A stretch of DNA of 64,000 nt from NCBI GenBank assembly GCA_034171505.1, contig JAXFGC010000024.1:7114-71113 (forward strand), read 5' to 3'. Below the pieces are notes generated by a model. The model made no database searches and was not told the DNA's origin. It saw nothing but the letters and a program-made list of their open reading frames with translations. Below, piece by piece: positions 1-8,091 of the stretch (its first letter is position 1; every line of letters begins with the position of its first letter). A program made the position numbers and the translations under genes. Source of the DNA: Candidatus Enteromonas sp. (lineage in GTDB: Bacteria > Bacillota_I > Bacilli_A > RFN20 > CAG-826).

Positions 1-2
1 GG

Positions 3-1361
3 GGAGCCACTCCCTATTGGAATTTCTTCGCCGCGGAAGAATACGCGACCGCCGAAGATTTCGTTTCTTTCGACAACGGGAACACCTACATCTTCACGGG
101 CGACTTCATGCAGGCGAGTTACCTTTGCTATTCCCTCTTCCTTTCTCCCTTTTCTCCCGATGATTTCTTCATCCTCGTGCAAAAGGATGGAAGCATGAAC
201 TTCTATGTGAACGTCGATCCGACCTTTGATCCGACCACCAAGGCCAGCGACAAGAAATACGGACAAGTCCTCACGGGCTCCTTCACGGAACTTGGAACCG
301 CGGAAGTCCCCCACTTGACCCCGTATGCCCATGAAAGCTATCACGATAATGTAAACGAAGCCATTTCCAAAATGGCGAACCTCCAACAATACAAGGCCCA
401 CGTCACCGCCAACTTTTCTTCGGGTAACGGAGACAGCGAACTCACCTTCACCTATACGGAAGACACGATCGACCAAGTGATTACCCAAGATGGGGATACC
501 GTCCATTCGGGTATCCACCGCGTGGATTCGGAGCATTATTTCCAATACTCCGTTAACAGCAGTGGCCAAGTCGTTCGTCAAAAAGATGTCGCCGCTTATT
601 GGCACGATCCCGAAAAAGGCGTGAAACGGTACCCGACTTTCTCCTTTGTCGGCGAAATCTTCGAGTCCCTCGGCAACAACGTTTACCAAACTCGTGGTGA
701 CCTTGGTTACATTACCGCTTACACGTCTTACTTGCCGGTCGCCTTCTCGTATTGCGATTGGGACCAACCGGTCAAAATCACTTTGAACGAAGACAACTAC
801 ATCACCAAACTCGAAACCACCACGACCTATTTTGACGAGACCATCGACCTAACAATTGAATACTCCGAATTTGGGACGGCCACCCATGGTCTGGATTTTG
901 ATTCCACCATCACCGAAATCATCGTCACGGGTTGGGACGATGACCCCGAAGCCAAAGGCATGCTCTATACCGACCTTTGCAATTGGATTATCGATGGCAC
1001 GCCTCTTGCCGAACTCCTCCCCTTCTATGATTGCCCTGTTGGCTGGAGTGGCGTCATTGGCTGGCTACAAAGCGATCGTGGCTACGAATTCCTCGAAACG
1101 GGGAAATTCGAACTCGCGGGTGGAAGCGTGGATTATGACACCATGAATGCTTTCCTTGCCGCGTACAAAGCCGCCTGCATCGCCGCGGGATATGCCGAAA
1201 CCACCGAAACCGAAAAACAAACGGGTGGGACCATCTATCGAAACGATAAGGGGTACGAAGTTTCTTTTGCCCAAAAGGTAAACTCTTGGAACGGCTACGC
1301 GACGAGCACCGTCGTCATCGGTTTCCGCGCTCCCGCGGATGTTACCGAATACGTCGGTTAA
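3..1361 (+). CDS. hypothetical protein, 5'-truncated by the window edge (possibly secreted or surface protein)
   Basis: Frame 3 is open from nt 3 with no stop before the listed ATG at 108, so the 108..1361 ORF continues upstream. The stop at 1359-1361 is followed by a hairpin terminator. No family recognised. Confidence 0.6.
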   Translation, partial: GATPYWNFFAAEEYATAEDFVSFDNGNTYIFTGDFMQASYLCYSLFLSPFSPDDFFILVQKDGSMNFYVNVDPTFDPTTKASDKKYGQVLTGSFTELGTAEVPHLTPYAHESYHDNVNEAISKMANLQQYKAHVTANFSSGNGDSELTFTYTEDTIDQVITQDGDTVHSGIHRVDSEHYFQYSVNSSGQVVRQKDVAAYWHDPEKGVKRYPTFSFVGEIFESLGNNVYQTRGDLGYITAYTSYLPVAFSYCDWDQPVKITLNEDNYITKLETTTTYFDETIDLTIEYSEFGTATHGLDFDSTITEIIVTGWDDDPEAKGMLYTDLCNWIIDGTPLAELLPFYDCPVGWSGVIGWLQSDRGYEFLETGKFELAGGSVDYDTMNAFLAAYKAACIAAGYAETTETEKQTGGTIYRNDKGYEVSFAQKVNSWNGYATSTVVIGFRAPADVTEYVG

Positions 1362-1380
1362 TCGTTCATTTCATCCATTG

Positions 1381-1408
1381 GGTCGTCTCTTCGGAGGCGG
1401 CCTTTTGC
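1381..1408 (+). terminator. intrinsic terminator after the first CDS
   Basis: GGTCGTCTC-TTCG-GAGGCGGCC hairpin (two G-U pairs) followed by TTTT. Confidence 0.55.
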
Positions 1409-1450
1409 TTAAAATAAGCGGGACGTGTATGCGACTTCTTTTGATTTGCA

Positions 1451-1478
1451 CAAAAAAGCCGCAACAATCGTCGCGGCC
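1451..1478 (-). terminator. intrinsic terminator of recN
   Basis: GCCGC/GCGGC stem (1458-1462 / 1473-1477). The A-run 1452-1457 gives a U-tract on the minus strand, directly after the recN stop at 1484. Confidence 0.5.
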
Positions 1479-1483
1479 TAGGT

Positions 1484-3148
1484 TTATCGGTGAAGCAACA
1501 TTTCCTTCGCGGCTTCGCGTTGCTTTTCGGAGACGTTCTCCCCAGCGATGAGATGGGCAAGGGCATCGATCGCCTCCTCTTGGCCGAGTTCTTTGACAAA
1601 TGCGCGGGTGCGTCCTCCCTTTTCCTCCTTGCTGACGTAGAGGAGATGATCCCCCATCGCGGCCACCTGAGGGGAATGGGAGATGACAATCGTCTGGGCG
1701 CTTAAGGAAATCTCTTCGATCTTATGACCGACTTTGCTTGCGGTCTCTCCGGATATGCCCGTGTCGATTTCGTCCAACACTAGGGTGGATACCCCGCTAG
1801 AAGACAAGAACAACGCGCGCAACGCGAGCATGATGCGGTTGGCCTCCCCTCCCGACAAAACCTTGGAGATGGGTTTCATCCCTTCGCCTTTGTTGGTCTC
1901 CATCAAGAAGTCGATGACGTCGATTCCGTTTTCGAGGAAGTCTTCATCGTCCAACGGTTCTTTACGGGAGAACGATATGGAGAAGGAAGCCTCCAATCCC
2001 AAGTCGGAGAGGTGACGGAGAATTTCTTTTTCCATGTTCTTGGCCAAACTTTGACGGAAGGAAGAAAGCGCGGTGGCTTTTTCGAGCAAATCTTCTTTGG
2101 CGGAGGCGAGGGCTTTTTCCGCCTCTTTGATTTTCTCGGGGAACAAGCTTTCCTCTTCCGCGTCTTTGAGGAGTTCGTCGCGATAGGCGATGAGCTCGGG
2201 AATCGAACGTTTGTATTTCCGTTTCAGGTTCTCCAAATCGATTTGACGGGAAACGAGTTCGTCCAAACGGCTTGGATCGTAATCGATGGAATCGAATTTC
2301 TTCGTTAAGGTCGCGAAAGCATCTTGGAGTTCGTAATAACGATCCTCCATAAAATGGTAGTTATCCGAATATTCTTTCTGGAATCCGGAGAGTTTGAACA
2401 GGACCCGAGACAATTCGTAGATGGAATCGAGGGCGTTCCCATGGAGAATCTCGTCTGCTTCTTGGACGAGGGAAAATATTTTATCGTGGTTTTTGAGTAA
2501 CGCGATTTCCTCTTCGAGCTCCTCTTCCTCCTTAAGGGAGAGATCCGCGCTTACGAGTTCATCCCGAGTGAATTTGAGATAATCCCGGTTGGTTTCGAAA
2601 TCATGTTGCTTTTTCACCAACTCATTTAAGCGTTTCTTCGCCTCTTTGAATTCCGTCAAAGCAACTTGGTAAGAGGAGAGCAAACGCGAGGTTTTCGTGG
2701 GGGAGTATCCGTCTACCAAACCGAGGTAATTGTCGGGGTTGAGAATCTTAATGAAGTCGAATTGGGTGTGGATGTCCGCCAAAGTCTTGCCGACTTCTTG
2801 TAAATCGGAAACGCTGACGGAGATACCGTTGATTTTGCCTGAACTCCCTTTCCTTCCAATGATGCGGGTTAAAACCAATTCCTCTTCGTTTTGGTCGATT
2901 CCAATTCGCGATAAAACCGACTTGGTCCGTAAAGTAATCGGAGAGAAAGTCCCTTCGATCACGGCTTTTTCTTCCCCCGCGCGGATGAGTTCGCTTGAAG
3001 CCCGTGCCCCCAAAAGAAGGGACAAGGAGTCGATGATTAAACTTTTACCTGCCCCCGTTTCGCCCAGCAAACAGGTAAACCCCTCCTGAAAACGGAGGGA
3101 GATGTTTTCCAAGATTGCGAGGTTACGGATGGAGAGTTTCGTTAGCAT
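1484..3148 (-). CDS. recN: DNA repair protein RecN
   Basis: N-terminus MLTKLSIRNLAILENISL..LLGETGAGKSLIID (Walker A), long coiled-coil middle, C-terminal LSGGEANRI signature and VLDEIDTGISG Walker B. Start moved to the ATG at 3148 (M32 of the listed ORF), which matches RecN N-termini. Confidence 0.9.
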   Translation of the reverse strand: MLTKLSIRNLAILENISLRFQEGFTCLLGETGAGKSLIIDSLSLLLGARASSELIRAGEEKAVIEGTFSPITLRTKSVLSRIGIDQNEEELVLTRIIGRKGSSGKINGISVSVSDLQEVGKTLADIHTQFDFIKILNPDNYLGLVDGYSPTKTSRLLSSYQVALTEFKEAKKRLNELVKKQHDFETNRDYLKFTRDELVSADLSLKEEEELEEEIALLKNHDKIFSLVQEADEILHGNALDSIYELSRVLFKLSGFQKEYSDNYHFMEDRYYELQDAFATLTKKFDSIDYDPSRLDELVSRQIDLENLKRKYKRSIPELIAYRDELLKDAEEESLFPEKIKEAEKALASAKEDLLEKATALSSFRQSLAKNMEKEILRHLSDLGLEASFSISFSRKEPLDDEDFLENGIDVIDFLMETNKGEGMKPISKVLSGGEANRIMLALRALFLSSSGVSTLVLDEIDTGISGETASKVGHKIEEISLSAQTIVISHSPQVAAMGDHLLYVSKEEKGGRTRAFVKELGQEEAIDALAHLIAGENVSEKQREAAKEMLLHR

Positions 3149-3240
3149 GGTGAAATCATTATAGGCGAAGAAAAAGGAAAAAATAGCCACGAAATGAAGG
3201 AACAAACTTCCTCCAAAACAAGGAAGTTGATTTTCTTCCA

Positions 3241-3275
3241 AAAAGAAAAGCCGTCAAACGGACTCGCTGACGGCT
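3241..3275 (-). terminator. intrinsic terminator of the degV-1 gene
   Basis: AGCCGTCA...TGACGGCT stem (3249-3275), followed on the minus strand by a T-rich run (3241-3248). Confidence 0.6.
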
Positions 3276-3286
3276 TACTTAATGAA

Positions 3287-4174
3287 TTAGGCCCCGCGTT
3301 TCTTGCCCCAGAAGAAGAGGGCGACGGTTCCCGGACCCGTGTGGCTGCCGATGACGGTGCCGATGGAATTGATGAGGACCTTACCCTTCATATGGGGGAA
3401 TTTGGCCTCAATTTCCTTGGCGACGGGTTCGGCGAGTTCCGGGCAACGGGACATGCACATGTAGACCTTCCCGTCGTAATTAAGTCCCTTATCCGCGAGC
3501 TCAATCATCTTCTCGACCATGCGGCGTTGGACTTTGCGTTCCCCGTGGCACTTCTCCCGGACGATAAGTTTGCCTTCGTTGTTCATGTCTAGAAGCGGGC
3601 AGATGCGTAACATGTTGCCGAAGAATCCGCTGAGTTTGGAGATGCGTCCCCCACGGACATAGTATTGGAGGTCGGTGGAGAAGAAGACGTGGTTCATATT
3701 GAGGCGGTGCTCCACGGCCCAGGCGGCGAGTTCGTCGATTCCCATTCCGGAATCGCGGAGGTCCGCCAAAGTGTCGAGGAAGAGGCCATATCCCGAACTT
3801 GCGCCCAAGGAATCTACAATGATGATTTTCCGATCCGGATATTTTTCTTTGAGCATGTTCGCGGCGAGGCTGGCGCTATTGACTTCTCCGGATAATCCGC
3901 TGGAAAGGGAGATGTGGAGGATGTCTTTTCCTTCTTTGAGGAATTCGGTGAAATACGCGACGAATTCTCCCGCGGAAGGTTGGCTCGTTTTGGTCATTTC
4001 ACCCTGTTCCATACGGGTGAAGAATTCGTCGAAGGGGATGGTTTGGCCGAGGTCGTCCAAATGTTCGGTGCCGCCTAAAAAGAAACGGAAGCAAAGATAG
4101 CGGATATCTCGAGATTCGAAATGTTCTTTGGAAAGGTCGGCGGTGGAAGTTGCAGATAAAATGTAGTTCGTCAT
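3287..4174 (-). CDS. DegV family fatty-acid-binding protein (FakB-like)
   Basis: DegV-like sequence throughout (ILSATSTADL.., SGLSGEVNSA, VDSLGASSGYG, GGRISK). The ATG at 4174 is preceded by an AAAGGA SD. Confidence 0.85.
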   Translation of the reverse strand: MTNYILSATSTADLSKEHFESRDIRYLCFRFFLGGTEHLDDLGQTIPFDEFFTRMEQGEMTKTSQPSAGEFVAYFTEFLKEGKDILHISLSSGLSGEVNSASLAANMLKEKYPDRKIIIVDSLGASSGYGLFLDTLADLRDSGMGIDELAAWAVEHRLNMNHVFFSTDLQYYVRGGRISKLSGFFGNMLRICPLLDMNNEGKLIVREKCHGERKVQRRMVEKMIELADKGLNYDGKVYMCMSRCPELAEPVAKEIEAKFPHMKGKVLINSIGTVIGSHTGPGTVALFFWGKKRGA

Positions 4175-4295
4175 ACTAGGTCCTTTCGTTTTCAAGATTA
4201 GGCTGTATACTAGATAAAGTCAAGATAATTTACTTCGTAAAATGGAATTAATCTTGAACAACTTGTTTATTATTGTACGAAATTGAAGCCGCTGT

Positions 4296-4304
4296 TGGTA
4301 TAAT
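4296..4304 (+). promoter_or_regulatory. extended -10 promoter element (TGgTATAAT) for plsC
   Basis: TGGTATAAT at 4296-4304. It sits directly against the ATG at 4305, which argues that the real plsC start is the downstream ATG at 4347. Confidence 0.4.
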
Positions 4305-4346
4305 ATGTGCGTTCATGCGAACGGCTTTCAAGGAAGGAATCACCCC

Positions 4347-5180
4347 ATGATTATCACTGCAATTTGCCTCCTCCTTGGTTTGGGAGCCACCCTCGCCAAT
4401 TATTTTTTGACCTCTTGGTCCTCGCTCCCCTGGCCTTACGCTTTCTTGATGATCCCGACATGGCTTGGGTATTACCTTGCGGCGTTTGCCGTTTTCGTTT
4501 TGAGTTTCTTCCTTTATTGCATGATGTTCCCGTTAACCCGCGACATTCAAAAACCGCGGAAGGGGGCGTATTGGTGCATCTGCCAAATCATTCATTGGCT
4601 TTTTGGGTTCCTTTGGATTAAGACCCATATCACGGGCGCGGAGAAGCTCCCCAAGGGTCAACGTTTCCTGATGGTTTCCAACCATCTTTCCATGTTCGAC
4701 TTCCTCGTCGTCCTCGCCCATTTGGGGCAATACGGAATCATCCCCATCTTCAAAAAAGAGGCGGAAAGCATCCCCATCGTAGGCAAAGTCGCCCATTACA
4801 CCGGATTTATTCCCATCGATCGGGAGAACCCAGTGAAGGGACTTCGTGCTATACTTAAGGGGATCAAGTTCATCAAGGAGGGAACCGGTTCCGTATATAT
4901 CGCCCCCGAAGGAACGCGAAATAAGGATGGGAAGATGTCCCCTTTCCATGCGGGATCGTTCAAAATCGCCGAAAAAACCAAATGCCCCGTCATCGTCTGT
5001 GCCGTCGCAGGCACGAACGATATTCATAAGAATTATTTCCGTCGCGTGAGCCACGTCTCGTTCGATGTACTCGAGGTGATATCCTCCGAGGAAGTCGCGG
5101 CCCTCTCCACGGTGGAATTGGCGGAGAAAGCCCAAGGTTTGATCCAAGCCCGCTTGGATGAAATTGAACACAAGGAGTAG
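4347..5180 (+). CDS. plsC: 1-acyl-sn-glycerol-3-phosphate acyltransferase
   Basis: N-terminal TM helices, NHLSMFD (HX4D acyltransferase motif) and APEGTRN motif. SD AAGGAAGGA lies upstream of the ATG at 4347. Confidence 0.8.
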   Translation: MIITAICLLLGLGATLANYFLTSWSSLPWPYAFLMIPTWLGYYLAAFAVFVLSFFLYCMMFPLTRDIQKPRKGAYWCICQIIHWLFGFLWIKTHITGAEKLPKGQRFLMVSNHLSMFDFLVVLAHLGQYGIIPIFKKEAESIPIVGKVAHYTGFIPIDRENPVKGLRAILKGIKFIKEGTGSVYIAPEGTRNKDGKMSPFHAGSFKIAEKTKCPVIVCAVAGTNDIHKNYFRRVSHVSFDVLEVISSEEVAALSTVELAEKAQGLIQARLDEIEHKE

Positions 5181-5187
5181 AACATTC

Positions 5188-6060
5188 ATGCTAAAGATTT
5201 TTGTCGACACTGACTGCGACGTAACTCCGGAGATAGCCAATAAATACGGATTTGGCCTCATCTCGATGCCTTACGTCGAAAAGGAAAACGTGATTCGTCC
5301 GTACGAAGATTGGGAGACGTATGATCCCCATGCCTTCTACGACAAGCTGCGCCATGGCGAACTCGCGACCACCTGCGCCCTCGCTCCGACCGATTACATC
5401 CGTTATTTCGAACCCTATTTCGAAAAAGGGGACGATATCCTTTACGTCCATTTCTCCTCTGCCATGACCTCGACCTTCAATTCGATGCGTTTGGCCCTCG
5501 ATGATTTGATGGAACGTTATCCGGACCGTAAATTCTATGCCTGCGACACCCTCTGCATCACGATCCCCGCTCTTGCGATTGTCGAACGTGTCGGGGAACT
5601 TGCCCTCAAGGGTGCTTCCGCGGAGGAAATCGTCGAATTCGTGGAGAAGGAAAAACAACACTACGCCTGTTATTTCTTCGCCGACGACCTCAAGTTCTTC
5701 GCCCGTTCGGGACGTGTTTCGGGCATCTCGGCCGTCATGGGCAACTTGCTTGGCATCAAGCCGATCATTAATATCAATTCCGCAGGGAAGATGGGTTCCA
5801 TCGCCAAAGGAAAAGGACGCCTCAAATCCATCGAAAAGGTCCTCGATTACGTCGAAGCCCTCCAAGAGGATATGAAGAGCTATCCGGTCTACGTCGCTTC
5901 CACCGACTGCGATGGTCTTGCCAAAAAGTTCATCAGCGTGTTCACCGAACGCTTCGGGGACGGATTCGATATCCGCTTGGTCCCGATCAACCCGACCGCG
6001 GGCGCCCACTGTGGCCCCGATTCGACGGGCATCGCCTTCCACGCGAAATCCCGCGAATAA
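5188..6060 (+). CDS. DegV family fatty-acid-binding protein (FakB-like), second copy
   Basis: MLKIFVDTDCD.. DegV N-terminus, GRVSGISA motif. SD AAGGAG lies before the ATG at 5188. Confidence 0.85.
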   Translation: MLKIFVDTDCDVTPEIANKYGFGLISMPYVEKENVIRPYEDWETYDPHAFYDKLRHGELATTCALAPTDYIRYFEPYFEKGDDILYVHFSSAMTSTFNSMRLALDDLMERYPDRKFYACDTLCITIPALAIVERVGELALKGASAEEIVEFVEKEKQHYACYFFADDLKFFARSGRVSGISAVMGNLLGIKPIININSAGKMGSIAKGKGRLKSIEKVLDYVEALQEDMKSYPVYVASTDCDGLAKKFISVFTERFGDGFDIRLVPINPTAGAHCGPDSTGIAFHAKSRE

Positions 6061-6068
6061 ACATCCAT

Positions 6069-6100
6069 GGGTCGCTTCTTTCTTGAGGCGGCCCTTTTTT
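6069..6100 (+). terminator. intrinsic terminator of degV-2
   Basis: GGGTCGC (6069-6075) pairs with GCGGCCC (6088-6094, one G-U), followed by TTTTTT at 6095-6100. Confidence 0.55.
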
Positions 6101-6127
6101 GGGCTCTTTAACATCTAAGTTGGTTTC
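6101..6127 (+). repeat. left terminal inverted repeat
   Basis: Read directly from the sequence. Confidence 0.9.
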
Positions 6128-6179
6128 AGTTGGTTTTTGTGAAAATAACTTGCTGAAACTCTAACTTTAGTTGGTTTGG

Positions 6180-6211
6180 AAAACGCCCCTTGTTTTTCGA
6201 GGGGCGTTTTT
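6180..6211. terminator. hairpin terminator inside the IR-bounded element (readable on both strands)
   Basis: AAAACGCCCCT-N9-AGGGGCGTTTT is a perfect 11-bp stem, with an A-run before it and a T-run after it. Confidence 0.55.
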
Positions 6212-6303
6212 CGCATACTAGCCCAATCGTTTTTTCTCTCGCCTCAGAAGCAGGAACCTTTTCCGGGACCTCTCGAAGCTCGAATAGCCGTACGCTGTGT
6301 CGA

Positions 6304-6438
6304 TCATCGACGAAGGGGCTCGCCCCGAGACTCCCAATCCTCGTAGATGGCGGTCCCTTCGTCGATGATCGGCCCGTCGACTTTGCCGAAGCAATCCGGG
6401 TCCAATCCAAAAATGCATAAAAATACGTTAGAATTCAT
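6304..6438 (-). CDS. 44-aa hypothetical ORF inside the IR-bounded element
   Basis: GAAAGGAGGcgtATG (strong SD, but the spacer is only 3 nt). Sequence MNSNVFLCIFGLDPDCFGKVDGPIIDEGTAIYEDWESRGEPLRR. No family recognised; may be a gene remnant. Confidence 0.25.
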   Translation of the reverse strand: MNSNVFLCIFGLDPDCFGKVDGPIIDEGTAIYEDWESRGEPLRR

Positions 6439-6548
6439 ACGCCTCCTTTCATTGTTGTTTTTCTGCAAGACTAATATATGAAAAGAGGTTTTTTCATTCA
6501 TCCAAAAACCGCGAAAGCTTTAACTCTTGGGTTGGTTTCGTGAAAATC

Positions 6549-6575
6549 GAAACCAACTTAAATGTTAAAGAGCCC
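6549..6575 (-). repeat. right terminal inverted repeat
   Basis: Reverse complement GGGCTCTTTAACATTTAAGTTGGTTTC, one C/T difference from the left copy. Confidence 0.9.
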
Positions 6576-6620
6576 TTTTTTGTTGCTAGACAACTTAGGA
6601 AGGGGGAGTAGACTTTCCTC

Positions 6621-7235
6621 ATGAATCCCGCGATTGATCTTTCCTCTTCGACGTTACCAACGGAACGCTTGGTTCTCCGTCCCTTTCTCCTTTCAGACCT
6701 CGATGATTTCTTTGCCTATGCCTCTGTCCCAGGGGTGGGGGAATCCGCGGGCTGGAAACATCATGAGAACAAAGATGAGAGTTTGGAAATCCTAAAGGAG
6801 TTTATCGCCGAGAGAAAAACCTTCGCGGTGACCATAAAAGAAGGACCTCTTATTGGCTCCATCGGAATTGAATCCTACAAAGAATCGGAATTCCCGGAAC
6901 TTGCAGAATACAAAGGTAGGGAGATTGGTTACGTAATCGCCAAAGACCATTGGGGCAAAGGCATCTGCACCGAAGGGGTGAAGGCGGTTATCGCTTATTG
7001 TTTTGAGCAAGAGGGTTATGATTTTTTGTTGTGCGCCCACGGAGATTTCAACGTGGGTTCTCGGCGCGTCCAAGAGAAATCCGGTTTCGTGCATTACAAA
7101 AAGTTCTTGGGACGGAAGGACGACCATGGCTCTTCTTGTGATGGCTGGTACTCCCTCATCTGGAATCCTTCCAAACCCATCCCCCAAGAGGTTCAAGAAA
7201 TCTGGCTCAAAAATAACCCTGAAATTCAAAAATAG
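6621..7235 (+). CDS. GNAT family N-acetyltransferase (RimJ/RimL-like)
   Basis: TERLVLRPF..DLDDFF N-terminus typical of the RimJ/L class, and a HWGKGICTEG acetyl-CoA loop. SD GGGGGAG. Confidence 0.8.
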   Translation: MNPAIDLSSSTLPTERLVLRPFLLSDLDDFFAYASVPGVGESAGWKHHENKDESLEILKEFIAERKTFAVTIKEGPLIGSIGIESYKESEFPELAEYKGREIGYVIAKDHWGKGICTEGVKAVIAYCFEQEGYDFLLCAHGDFNVGSRRVQEKSGFVHYKKFLGRKDDHGSSCDGWYSLIWNPSKPIPQEVQEIWLKNNPEIQK

Positions 7236-7244
7236 AGGACCCAT

Positions 7245-7979
7245 ATGTTAAAAAACCCAAAGAAAATCAAAGACGATCTCGTTGCTTGGATCCGAGAATA
7301 TTTTGCCGCATCTGGCAACAACTGTTCCGCGGTTATTGGAATCAGCGGAGGGAAGGACTCTTCCGTCTGCGCCGCCTTATGCGTGGAGGCCTTGGGAAAG
7401 GAACGCGTTGTCGGGGTCTTGATGCCGAATGGGAGCCAAAGCGACATCGCGGATTCTCGTCTGCTGGTCCAAACTCTCGATATCCGTTATTTGGAAATCA
7501 ATATCCGTCCCGGGTATGAGGGAATGGTCGAGGCGATGAAGGACGTAACTTTATCGAAGGACGCCTATATCAACCTTCCCCCTCGTTTGCGCATGGCGAC
7601 ACTTTACGCGGTCGCCCAATCCTTGCCCGAAGGAGGACGGGTCATCAATACCTGCAATCGCAGCGAAGATTACATCGGTTATTCCACCAAGTTCGGCGAT
7701 TCCGCGGGGGACGTATCTCTTCTTTCGGAGTTGCTTGTGGAGGAAGTCATCCAAATCGGAAAGGAATTGCCCCTTCCCGCCTTCCTCGTGGAGAAGACCC
7801 CAAGTGATGGGTTATGCGGGCAAACCGACGAAGATAAAATCGGATTCACCTATCACGAACTCGATACCTATATCCAAACGGGAGAGGCATCCCCGAAGAC
7901 CAAAGAAAAGATCGACTGCCTCCATCGTTTGAACCTCCATAAAATCACCCCGATGCCATCGTTTCACCCAAAAGAGTGA
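7245..7979 (+). CDS. nadE: NH3-dependent NAD+ synthetase
   Basis: GISGGKDSSV PP-loop (SGGxDS). Length and remaining sequence fit NadE. Confidence 0.9.
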   Translation: MLKNPKKIKDDLVAWIREYFAASGNNCSAVIGISGGKDSSVCAALCVEALGKERVVGVLMPNGSQSDIADSRLLVQTLDIRYLEINIRPGYEGMVEAMKDVTLSKDAYINLPPRLRMATLYAVAQSLPEGGRVINTCNRSEDYIGYSTKFGDSAGDVSLLSELLVEEVIQIGKELPLPAFLVEKTPSDGLCGQTDEDKIGFTYHELDTYIQTGEASPKTKEKIDCLHRLNLHKITPMPSFHPKE

Positions 7980-8091
7980 AGAACGTATATCGAATTTGAT
8001 TCTAATGTCTACCTTTTTGGTATCCTTCCAAAATACTTTTGGAAGTCTCTCTATTTCTTCTTGCCCCAAAGTTGGCTAGAATAGGCTTGCT

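Larger units (their letters stand above)
6101..6575. mobile_element. 475-bp element bounded by 27-bp terminal inverted repeats (MITE-like or invertible segment); no transposase gene inside
   Basis: 6101-6127 GGGCTCTTTAACATCTAAGTTGGTTTC matches the reverse complement of 6549-6575 at 26/27 positions. T6 lies directly outside both ends. Confidence 0.45.

Noticed and set aside
3199-3235. A possible LexA (Cheo) box upstream of recN (GAACAAACTTCC) and the hairpin AACTTCCT-N8-AGGAAGTT. I also looked upstream of recA (35312-35370).
   Set aside because: GAAC-N4-TTCC misses two positions of the second half-site of GAAC-N4-GTTC. Nothing resembling CGAACRNRYGTTYC occurs upstream of recA. There is therefore no support for an SOS box.
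3149-3241. N-terminal extensions of listed ORFs: recN 3149-3241, degV 4175-4195, plsC 4305-4346, sufS, sufU, sufB, cmk, miaB, fhs, both ABC genes, csp, ychF and the GH13 gene.
   Set aside because: In each case an internal ATG preceded by a GGAGG-type SD gives the N-terminus typical of the family. The upstream extension overlaps the preceding gene or a promoter or terminator.
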